Source: Hyphochytrium catenoides
Taxonomy: Eukaryota; Protista; Hyphochytriomycota
DNA: 64,000 nt
Reading direction: 5' to 3'
Assembly: GCA_900088475.1 (NCBI GenBank)
Contig: FLMG01004054.1
Coordinates: 1-64,000, forward strand
In this document: one piece after another, positions 26,501 to 38,300 of the stretch
How the letters are laid out: each line of letters starts with the position of its first letter
Numbering within the stretch: position 1 is the stretch's first letter
The notes under the pieces: model-generated
The model's input: only the letters and a program-made list of their open reading frames with translations
What the model was told of the DNA's origin: nothing
The model's database searches: none
Program-made: the position numbers and the translations under genes

Positions 26501-28378
26501 AAAGAACAAGGAGAAGGGATAAAATCCCTAGCAGAGGAGCGGAAATCGTTGAGGCTCCGACAGAAGCATCAGGCAACAGCTGACGCCGTATCGAATATGA
26601 CCGAGAGGCTAAGGGATCTAGGCATCCTTCCGTAAGTGATATATGTCTTCCTCACGAAATGCGACGGGGCAGCAACTTAACAGAGCAATGGAGGGTAGAA
26701 GAGGGTAATGGGCCCGAGACCTGATGCCTGTCTAAACAGTAGTATCCTCGCGTGTGCAAAAATGGACTAATATTGACAATGGTAACACGGTCACTTCAGG
26801 TCAGAGCCGTCCTCATTAGATCAAGAGGAGTCTGGTGCTGGCTCACTGAAGCAGGAGGGCGAACGTCAAGATGACTTGAGTCGTGGTGGTGACGGTGCAA
26901 GCAGTCCTCATATCTTTGAGAGGGAGGTCGAAAAAGTCGCAGACAGAGAACACGGGGGAGACGAAGAGGCTCCTCCGGTCTTCCAGAGCGAATCCCCAAC
27001 CTCCATTAGTGCTCGCTCTATCAGACTCAAGAATAGTGCCCCTGAGGTGAAGACTGAAAAAGATAAACATGCGCTTAGCGGCCAGGGTTTGTCGAGGAGT
27101 GTGGAGAGCCTCAGGCGGTCCAGCACGGAGGGGCAGGGGGTATCGCGATCTCTCTCCGCCTTCATCTCGGGTCACTCTTCGCTTCAGCCAGCGAGGGAGC
27201 TCAACGTGTCTTATTCTACAATCCCGAAAGGTTACAGAAGGTCCTCCCAAACTGTTCACCCCTCGACCTCTCCCGCTAGCTCGTTAGATGGAGAAGTGAA
27301 CGTTTCGTACTCGGCATTCATCTCTGGTTATGGCACGGGTACTACTTCTGCAGAAGAGGAAACTGTAGAAAAGAAAAGCAGCGCAGGTGGAGCTGAACAA
27401 CTTACGGCTGTAGACGTTTCATACTCTACTTTTATTCCTGGATACACCTCCATAGCGAGGACATCCACTGGGCTGATGGAGGGAGATGTGAAATTGAAGA
27501 ATGAAAGTAAGGGAGAGGATAACGATCTGGAGGTAATGGACATATCTTCACCGGAAGGGACCCTTATAGCTTCGAAGGCCAGCTCAGAGCTTCTCAGCAA
27601 GGTGGAAAGGGGGCTAAGGAGAAGGAGCAGTACTGGCTCTTTGCGAGATGGGGACCAGTCTCGCGATGCGGGATTTGATACTCTAGCTCTCTCACGATCT
27701 ATGGATATAGCTGCGATTCAGGGGACGGATGTGAACGCATCCTTCAGTAACTTTATCACGGGGTATAAGATAAGGAACCTCTCTCAAGTCGAGGCTGGTT
27801 TCTCCGACTCCTTCGTGAAAGCTCATAAAGCCAATGAGGGAGTTACTAATGAGGCCAAACGTGAGGAAGCAGAACTCGAGAAGGGTAGTGAGGGAGTAGC
27901 CCCTCTAGCTCCAGGGCTGCTGGAGATATTACGAAAGGGTTCTACACCCCGGCCTGATACTGAAAAGCAGGAAAAAGATAAGCCAGGCAGTGTTGGTGCA
28001 GGGGATGTGGCCGTTGTAACCTCGCCGGGTACGGATTTGGCACAGATAGAGAAGGCTCTTGAGACCGTAGAGATCGCTGGAAAAACGGCTGTATCTCAAC
28101 TTCAAGCCTTCTCTGCACTGCGTGGGACGAACGAGACCGAGGAACAAAGGGCGACACTAACAACAATGGCCATGCGACTTCGTTCTGTTTACGAGGATAT
28201 CGGGAGAACTTTAGAAGAACTCGAGACCCAAGTAGGTAAAGTGGAAGCGACAGACCGGGAACCGATTATAGGGGAAGAAAGTAATATTCCTTCGGAGCGG
28301 ATGGAAGCGCTAGTGGACAAATATTCTGATAGGCTCGTGGAAGCAGTCATCGCCAAACTAAAACATATACAGGAATAG
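20533..28378 (+). CDS. MAPKBP1: MAPKBP1/WDR62-family WD40 repeat protein, multi-exon
   Basis: N-terminal LTLERVLGIT...VAYPAGCVVVIY and GERGHQP; FVTCSTDNTIRFWNL; HDTEILSLDYS; TGSRDRLVHIFD; GHSELITGVKF; ISVGGDGCIFVWRL. C-terminal ALVDKYSDRLVEAV helix typical of the family. Start could be 20512, 20533 or 20583. Confidence 0.92.
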
Positions 28379-28410
28379 TGGTCACTGAAGACGTTAGCCT
28401 AATGACTGTC

Positions 28411-28433
28411 ANNNNNNNNNNNNNNNNNNNNNN
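28411..28433. other. Assembly gap (23 N)
   Basis: Run of n between two convergent 3' ends. Confidence 0.99.
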
Positions 28434-28565
28434 ACGATTTATAGCTGCTTTTGCATGCCATTTAGCTCACAGCGGAAGTGGCAAATAATAGCTTGATGAG
28501 TAGAAATAAATAACTAGACGCCTATCATCAGACTATTTTTCATCCATGGCCAGGACGAAAGTGGC

Positions 28566-29312
28566 CTAGTCTTCAGCTGCAAGTCCGTCATATGGCGAAA
28601 GGCCGTCCTTGTTCTCTATAGTGTCATCCGCACCCTTCTCAATGAGGAACTCGCCAATTGTTCCTTCTCGGTCGTATGCCATAGCGTAGTGCAGAGGGGT
28701 GTTACCTAACAGAAATCAAAAGGGAGAGACCCATCGGAGGAGAGAAATAAGGAAGATTAGTCTCACGCCATCGTACGATGCGGTATCGGACGCCTAAACA
28801 AGGTAAGTCTTTAGCTCTCTTTTGTGCTAGTTCTCCCTCCCTCTAAAGCATTATCCTGCTGTGGTACATTCTGCACTATTATGTACCTCTCTGATTCCTA
28901 TGGTTGACGTTTGCGCCTCGTGCCAACAGCATCTCTGCCATCTTGAGGTTCGTCTGCTGGCAGGCAACGACAAGAAGTGTATTCCCGTTCTCGTCCTCCG
29001 CATTGACGTTGAACCCTTGGTTAAGACTCTCCTCGACCAGCTTCAGACGTCTATTTCGGCATTGGGAGAAGACGGTCTCAATAGTGGGGACCTTGGCTTT
29101 CTCCCTTAATTCTGCGCTTTGTTGCTCTTGCTCTAACTCCGCTTTCTGGGCCTTCTCTTTGACTGAGAGTGGCCGCATTTTATCCAGAGCGACGAGGATC
29201 TTGCGAACATGAAGCTTGTGCTCGACACCTTGAACAATATCAAAGGAGAAAATGAGAAGAAAAAGCGTTTTTGCTCACTGTAAAGGAAGACTGAAGCGAT
29301 AGGTGGGCCGCT

Positions 29313-29347
<35 letters not shown>

Positions 29348-32300
29348 AGGAAAGAAAGAAAGAAAGAAAAGAGATAGCGAGAGAGAAAAAGAGAGGCAAA
29401 AAGAGAGAAAGAGACACCGGATAGAGACGCACTAAGGGGAAAAAAGGAAAGGCACATAGATAACGTAGCTTGGGAGAATGGGAAGACTAAAATAGAAAGT
29501 GCAGTTTGGGTACCGAGGACGTCTCTCATGTCTTCCGCCCTTAGCTCAAGCAAGAACTCTCCATCCACGGAAGCCTCGGTGAATGCTTGCTTATATTGCG
29601 ACAGAGAGAGTGTGTCCAGCCATCGACCCACATCCTCGACCGTCCAGTCCTTCACTTGCGCAGGGAAGTCTTGTTCTAGGGCTTTTCTTGCCTCTTCAGC
29701 TTCTTTCTTTTTCTTCTCCAACTCCTTTTCCCTCTTCTTTTGGCTCATCTCTTTTGCCTCCATTAGCGCCTCTACATTCTTGTTCTTTGCTCGAGGAATG
29801 TTGGCGGCTGCAGCGGCTGCAGCTGCGGCTGCAGCGGTCTCTGCAGAGGACGAGACTGCCGAGTTGGTTGTGTCGGAGTTGATTTGCCTTAAGTTCTTGA
29901 GCATATTCATGGAGCTCATGTAGGACAAAGACATTGACTGCAGGGAAGTAGTAGTTAGTTTGGAAAAGAACATTACATGGTATTGTTAGACGGGCAATGA
30001 GTATCGCAGGAAAGTGAAGAGGGAAATCGAAGACAGAGAGAGGTAGTACGAGAGATTCGGGGACAGAAGCATTTCAGAAGAGGTTCCAGTCAGTTTAGCT
30101 TCACAAGGAAATCGTAAGAGAGCTGTTTCTTCAGGTCACGATATGAAGCAGCAGGAAGAGGGCATGTGGAATAGCGGAGAGAGAGGCTGTCCACGGGTAC
30201 TAGTCAATAACCATGGAGACAAGAGTAAAAAGGAATCTCTTGGGCGAGTCATTGGAACTTTGGAAGAGGTTTAGGAGTCGAGAGGTAATAAAATATAAAG
30301 GATCCCAGGATCTAGTAGATACCTACCATGAACTGAAACTTCATTAGCTCCTCCGTGCTCTGGAAGATTGCCTGACTCTTTTTCTCGTTCTCTTGCGCCC
30401 GAACTGCGGTAGCAGCAGCAGCGGCAGCGGAGGTTGCAGTAGCTGTTTCCAACTCAATGCCTAAGCAAATGGGTTAGATAGGTTTGAGCTATGTAGATCA
30501 AGACGAGCAACTAAGGCGAACCCTTCGCGCAGGAACAGTGCTTTTCTTCCTAAGCAACTTGCGGACCTTACGCTCACGAGGTCCTAGATTATGCTCCGAC
30601 TCCTTCTCGCCTACCTTTTTCTCTTAGGCTATCCAGCTCTCTCTTCTGCTCCTCGAGTAGTTCCATTAAGTTCTTCTGCAGTCGCCCAAACTCTCGCTCC
30701 TTCCTTATTCTTGTGGCTTCCATATCTGCTATTCTCTCTTCTAATGCTTGGAGTGCATTCTTTTTACTCTCAACCTCTCCATAGACCGACGTAAACTGGG
30801 CCTCCAGCTCCCTCTTCTTCCGCTCTCTTTCTGCCCTTTTCAACTGTATGGCCAGCTCTAAGGCATAACTTTCTTGCTCCGCTCTTCCACCTCTCTGACC
30901 AGGTGTCTGCGGCTTCTGAGGGCTCTTGTTGCCGTCACTGGATGTACAACACACCTGAGCTTGTAAACTACGTGCAAGCAACGAGGAAGTACCGCGGAAG
31001 AAGGAAGGAAAGAGAGGGAAATGACAAGACAACGGAAACGAATGGAAAGAAAGAATCAGGGTTGCTGGATGGAGATGAAAACGTTATCTTATTGGTCAAG
31101 GTTCTCACGCACCTGTTCTGACTCAGGCTCCTGCCTCCTCCTTGCGCCATCTTTTGCTCCTGTTCCTGTGTCATGGCCTGAAGGTCCCGCTCGATCTGAT
31201 CAATCTCCCGTAGCTCCTGCTCAAGAACGGAAAGCTCCTTCTCCGAATCCTACCAAGACAAAGGTGAGCTCACCGTCTTATCGGAAAGAGAGTGAATAAT
31301 GGAGCTGTAGCAGGGCAGAGGCTGCATGAAAATCGCAGAAAGGTCAGCATGTGCAAAAGGTCGTCCCGAACGCGCATATGCAAGTTAGAAAAGCATCCTC
31401 GGCTTGAGGATAATGAAGTGAATGGGTTATGAGTACTGCCCAGAGGAGGTAGATTAACAGCAACATGGAACCACCACTTTCGGTAGTGCGCTCCGTAGGG
31501 CCGGCGTAAGCCAAAGCTGGCGCATACCTTAAGGCTGAGGTGAATCTGGCTGACTCTATCCTCTGCCTGTTCCTGAGAGCGGTGAAGAGCGTCTATCTCT
31601 TCCTGCTGCCTCTGAAAGGCGAGCTTAGACTCTTCTATCATACGTAGACCCAATGACAATCGTTCGGGTCCTGAAGGGCAAGGAAGTCAGAAAAGTCGTA
31701 GACTATACGTAGCCGCAAGTGTAAATTGCTTTTGGAAGCAACAGGCCAGGGTCAGAGACAAAAGTGAGGGGTGTACCGGGAGGGGTGTGCTGCCACTCTC
31801 TTTGCCTGGTGGCTCGCTTTCTTCCCAAGTGCCCTCGATATATTCTCTGCACTTCAGTAGCAGCCATCTCAAGAATCCGTCTAGAGGAGGCGTCAAAGCG
31901 TGTAAAGGTTCAGTGCAAATAGACAGCCTTGAAAGTAAAACAACCAAATAGGCTGCACATCACCAACGAAGTATAGAGATAAGATAGAGAGCTGCACAAA
32001 GCTCACCTTTCTCTGTATCTGTCCCTTTCTCTCTTCATCCGGTAGGTCGCCTGTATTTTGGTAGCGCTTTCGTCTTGAACAATAGCCAACTTTTGCCTAT
32101 TCCACTCTCTCTTGGCATCTTTCCTGCCCAGATGTCCACGGAATATTCTTTGTATGACTCTCGAGGCCTTATCTTTCCTCTTTAACCTTGCCCTCTCTCT
32201 GCCTCTATGCCCCCTGTATACTTTTTCAATGTTGACAGCAGCATCATTCTCTCTTTGCTCTTTCCTCTGCTTCTCCCTGAGTCTCTTGGCCCTCTTTCTT

Positions 32301-35300
32301 CCAAGATATCCTCTTCCAATTCTGCAGAGCGTATGAGCTGCCTCCTGCTCTTGCTCTTCCCTCTCCTTTTGTCTTCTTAGCTCCAGACATCGCTTTCTCC
32401 CCATATATCCTCGGTATGCTGCCTGAATGCGTGTGCAGCAGTAGGACTGATGCCTCTCTTTCTCTTGTGCTGCAAGCAGGGCCATATGTCGCTTTCTTTC
32501 TTGATTCGCCTGCATCATCTGGGCGAAGAGACATCTCTGAGCGTGAGCATCTGAACTTTGCGTCTAACAGCTTCAAGCTTGAGACCGTCTAGAAGCTCTT
32601 CCAGTCTCTCATATGTCCCTACCACTACCTCACCATCCGTATGTCTGCGCGTGGGAGATGGTGTACTCCGTCCTATACCAAATCCCCATTCCTTTATAGT
32701 TCTAGTGTTAGCCGGTTCTTCTCCTTACCTCTTGTTTGACCTTCTCGTATTCTTCTATCTTTAGGATGCCCAGGCGGCTCATCTCTGCCTCTTCTTTCTC
32801 CATCTGATCAAAGATGTTGGAAAGCTCAAGCCTAGACACGACGAACGATTTTTCAAAATCGACAGTTGCGAACGGCAGAGTGGCATCTGGAATGCCGAGT
32901 CTCCAAGAACTATCGATAACCTTGCAACTCACCTCTTAGGAAATAGTGTTGGTGGTTCCAGAGGTTGTGGCCTCTCCATGATAGGCGTAGAAGAGTACAG
33001 AGCTTGGGTGGGAGCAACAACTTTCGTTTCTCCTCCTTGTGGTCTTGAAGCTGAGAGAAAGGTGGCGGCCATTGGCAAAGCCAGAGTAGGAGGGGACGAA
33101 GGACGAGGTTCAGGGGAGAAGGAGTTACTGCTCATTTCCTTCTTCTTGACCTCCTCCCCGCGAAGGAAATCGTCTGCGTCTCGAGGCTGGGCCCCCATCG
33201 ACACAAGAGTCTTAATGTTTGTGCCATGAATGTCCTGATCAACTCTGGAAGGCAGCAGCAAGAGAAGTCAGTCAAAATATCGTTTGACGAGTTGCAAAAA
33301 AACGGTATAAGTAAGGAGAGAAGGCTAAAGCTTAGAATTCAAGGCGATGATGTAACATTGGAGGCAACGTGCAAGAAGGAAAGATTAACGCCGCAAGAAC
33401 CATAAAGCAACGTGGCGGCATTTGCGTCGAAGAGAGTGCTGCGCAAAAGACGGAAGTTAGTAGACAAGAGCGGGGCACTGAGAAACACGATAGGAAAAAG
33501 TGACTTCACTGCTCAAGCTAGTAATGCATCGCTCAAGTACCTTTGCACAGTTCTCTCTATGACTTCAAAGACCTCTCGTCTTGTCTGCTTCCTGTTTGAC
33601 ATCTCCAGTTCGAGAGCACGGATCTTTGCAGCATCCTCCTCCGCCCACTGTTTCCGTCTACGTTCTTGCTCCTCTTTTAGTCTTCTGATGTACTGATCTT
33701 CCTCTTCAATGAGTAAGTCCTTCCCTTTCACCTCTTGCTCTCTCTCAATCTCAGCTTGAAGCTGCTCGCGCTCTTTTATAATAGATTCTATAAAGTTCTT
33801 CCTGTTCTCGATTTCTTCGTCTGCATGAATTGATCGCGCAGGCGATGGAGCTGCTAAAGGAATAGACGGCAAAGGCGGGACTGCATGTGAGTCTCTCAAC
33901 CCGCTATCATTGACCTCCACTTTTGATCCTGCATCCGCCTCCTGTTTTGCAGAGTCCTGCAGCGAACTTTCTTGTCCAGATGATAAGACGTCTGAAAGAG
34001 CAGAAGGAAGACCCGGAGACGTGACGGGTGATGGAGGGGATAGAGATTCCGATGGAATCTCGCTATCCTCCTTGGGCAGCTCCTCTGTACGGCCCAAGCG
34101 GTCAAGTTTACTATTCAAGGAAGAGGAGGACGATGCCTCTAGAACAGCCCCGAGAAAGTCAAGCACCTCCTTCTTTCTCTCCTGTCTAATCTCATGTCCT
34201 CCTTTCATCCATAGAACAAATGTTCCGTGAGGCCTTTTCAGCACCTCAGTGACCTTCTCCTTTGCTTTGACCGTCAAGCGCCCAGCTTCATCTAAGCCAC
34301 CTTGGTTCTTTCCGGCACCCCCTGCGGCTTCTTTTTCTTGTTCCCCATAAGACCATTCGTGGAGTGCTGCCCTCCCTTCAACGAAAGGGTCGACGTTAGA
34401 AGCACTTATGAGCAGGTTGTCTGTGGCTTGTAGTGCGAGGATGGGACACGAGATCTTTGGCAGTTGCTTCCGCATATCTACGCCATGTAGTGCGGACTTG
34501 CAAACACGAATTCGACCCTGCAGCAGATTTGAGGTGGAACCATAATCAGTAAGCGACGAGAGAGAAGAATAAGGGCTTTAGATAGAGCGCAGAAGGCGAT
34601 AGAATTGACTAGCCATGGGAGAGGGATTCTCCGAGAACATAGACAGCTGTTCCATGGCAAAAGGAGAGGTTTCTTAAACTAACTAAGCGCAGGGCTCAGT
34701 ACGTCGTCTACAATCTTCGACAGGCGAGAAGAAATCTGACAAAATTGTCAGAACATAGGGAGGCCAAGTGAGGAGACATTGCGAAAGACTAGGAAAATTG
34801 AGGCCTTGTTAACAGAGAGGCACAACAAAGAGCAGTTGGGATACCGAGAACTTCTGCGGGCCCTTACCTCCAGCGTGATCGGGTTGGTTATGGCCGTGTA
34901 AATGTTTAGAGCAAGGTTCTTGTCCACCCTCTGGAGGTAGTCATCCGAGAAGATAAACTTTGAGAAAAAAGAGATCGGCAAATCTGGGCGTTTGTTAGAG
35001 AGGCAGCCGAAGACATTGATGGAGCTGTGCAAGATAGCAGCGAGCTGAGCGTCCACCCGGGCAAAGCCGTTGAGAAGGATGAGAGACTTCATGGAACTTC
35101 TCAAGCAAATACGCAGATTATGCAAGGACTGCAGGTTGGGCTTAACATCATTGGTTGTAGGGTCCGAGGACTTCAGACCGTCCGCGCACACATTCTGTGC
35201 AGCGAAGCACGAGGCAATGTTGGCACCATTACCGATACCAACTAGATGGAAAGGTAGCTGCAGAATAGGCATTTCTCCCTTTGTATGAATATGGCTAATA

Positions 35301-38300
35301 AGTTCGAGAAGGCGGTCTGCCTGCCATTGGTTGTTCATTTTTTCTCCTGAGAGAGACGCATCAAACTTCGTGTCCGCCTGTGCTGGGTAGTTGTATGCCA
35401 GGATCTGGGAAGAATAACAGAAAAAGATCAAAGGGATCCGCTACTTCCCAGACTGTATACAAGGGAGTAACGATCAGGGCTAAGCGCTACGGATAATTAG
35501 CTTCTCGCCTCTCTTTCTCTTTCTCTTATTTTTCCCTTCCCTAGCTCGTCTGTCGGCACTGAAGCCAAAGATGAGAAAGACAACACGATGATGGGTTTGT
35601 GATGCTTGCCTAATATTCCCTTACCTGACAGCCGGCAAACGCAGTAGAAAGTGGCTTCAAAAACACCAATGTGCTCTCTAGGGTGTCGAAGAAGTCATGA
35701 ACCACAACCAAGCTGCAAGCCTGCCCTGAGAAGTCCGGGGATCCCAGTATGATATAAGGTAGCTCAGTAGCACCGTCTGCACAGGTAAAGAGCTTCGGCA
35801 CCCAGACGGAGGAACCAGTCTCACCTCCAGGCACAGCTGCTAACTTCTCCATGAAGTTCTGAAAGGTGCAGAAAAGAGAGACCGTGAACTCTTTGAAGGT
35901 AGGATATAGCACGTACACGCTTTCTGTCCCATCGCTGACCCTCGTACTCATAACGCTGTCGTCTTGTTTGCCTACCCCGTGGTTTACCATAAAATAGGTA
36001 CTGCTCGCTATATCTCTCTGTCTCTCTCTCGCACATATGTACATCTATGGGATTCCACCAGTATGTACCTTCTGTGCGTTTCTCTTCGCGGCGTCCACAG
36101 CCTTTTTCTGCTTCACCTCTTCATTGTTTGGTGCGACAGGACGGCCAGTCTCCCCTTCTGGCTTAATCGTCATTCTAGATATCGGAGGGAAGAGGTTATC
36201 TGGGGGCCCCGATGGTCCTTTCTCAAGTTCTTCTCTGGAATCCTGCAAAAAAGCTGCAAGGTGTTTGAGGCGCTCGTGGCCTTTGCCATGGCTCCAAGCG
36301 TAAGCCTCAAGCACGTTCGTGATCCTAGTACCATAAGTAACTCAGTCTGTCTGTGTCGCGCATGGGGGGGAAGAAAGAAGGTTTGGAGAGCTAGAGACGC
36401 AAGGGAAGCAGTCAAAAGGTAGACGGACGGTAATGAGAGAGCAAATGATACTGGCTCTCAGGCGCTAGAAAATGCCAATACACGAACGATTCAGTCGACC
36501 CGGTGGAGGAGACTAAGGCATACTGCAAGTGCAGAGAAGGTTGAGAAGACGTTGCACGAGACAAAAGCAAGAGACAAACAATAGCAGTAGATAGGAAGAG
36601 GCCCGCAATCTTTCGTAGCTCCGTCAAAGAGCGACCAGACTGCTCCCGGCACAAATGTGCTGGTTCACCCTCGATGAGTTGATATCGTACCAGGCACAAA
36701 GCTTCGCTGCGCAGTGACTGATGGGCTCGATGGCAGCAGGATTGAAGCGTGGGTTCCTTACGTAAGGCTCTATCAGCCGCAGCTTCTTTTCTGTGAGTCC
36801 TTGCACCTCGAAGGAAGAGAGAAGAGCCAGAAACTTCTCTCCGTTAGCCAGCTTCTTCCTTGCTTCTGGCCACCCGACGACATCTTCTCTCTCCCCTAGC
36901 ATAAGGAGGAGGACCGTGGCTACCATGGACACCGCCGGCGGGGGATTCTTAAAACTTCGGAGCTCTGCTATCTCTCCCTTATTCAACTTAGCAAGACTCA
37001 ATGCAGCTCTGTCAAGTGCTGCCTGCGTTTCTTGCTCAGAGGATTTGCTAGAGGAAAGGGAAAAAGAGTTCAGAAGAGATATTGAGAAAGGACCATGAGC
37101 TAAGAAAGATGGGATCCCCTTGTTTGGGAAACAGCTTCCAAAGTACAGTCACTTCAGAACAACCCTGTACAAGGGCGAGAAAGCATTGCGCGCCGAGAAG
37201 GATCAGGTTATGATAAGGAGTAGTAGAATTAGGACGAACAAGCGTAAGGAAGGTTAAGACGAGTCAGACCGGACAGGCAGACAAACTAGACTAAAAAGAG
37301 GGTAACAGCCCGCCTTCAGAGGACCGACGTGCAGCATGCACCTCAAACCTAGAGATCAGGATCCCCATTCTTACTTACCCGACTCCAAACCTCTCGCTAT
37401 CTTTGTCCTTCTTCCCCTTCTTACTGGCCTGGATTTTAGCTCGGGCCTGCTCCCTGGCCTCTTCTATCATGTCATACACTGCGAAACAATTGCGGCAGAT
37501 GGCTACCTGCTGGTAGTAAACGCCCGGAAACTCCTCGGCCAGAGTAGCTAAAGTTGGCACAGTCCGCCGAAAAGGGTGCATTTAGAGGAAACCATGTGCA
37601 GTCATCCAGCGGATGATGTCAAAGGCTCCGATAAGACGTAAGGAAACTGAAGTCTACTTCGAGTTATGCTAGAGCTAAACGGGTAGCCATAATCGCAACG
37701 AAGGTGTTCAGAGTAGAGAGGGCTGCGAGAGAAGCGGAAAGAGAAGGGACTTACAGTCTTCTGCATCTTCGGAAAGGTAGTCACCTTTTTCCTTTCTCTC
37801 ATAACGTCGCAACAGAAGATCAACTAAGTTTTTCTCCTGTCTCGCCTGAACGATGTCTTTGAAGGGTATCTTAAACGTCTCAGAGCCAGACAAGGCCCGT
37901 TCGTCCCTGATGTCTGCTCCCACGGCACCCCTTACGTGCCGCTCCTGAACAGGAGCCAAATAGTATATGAGATTAGAGAGGAAGGCAGCCAGACGGTGCA
38001 TAGGAGGGGGTGTACGTCCTCTCAACATGTGGCAAAAAAAGAGGAGCACAGACTGTTGCGACTCCGGTATGCATTGTGGGGGACAAAAGATAGATGCATA
38101 CAGAAGGAGGCGCGCATACCATATTCGAGTCACCCATGATTCGCTTAAGCCTGGCCTCTGAGATCTTAGTCTTTATTCCCAAGTGAAGGTCTTTCTGCGC
38201 ACCGTCAGCATCCAGCTGGGGATAATGGGTGGAGTGGTGGGGCAGGAAAAGTTAGTCCACACAAGAGGAGCTTCATAAGAAGAGTCGACCCAACAGATTG

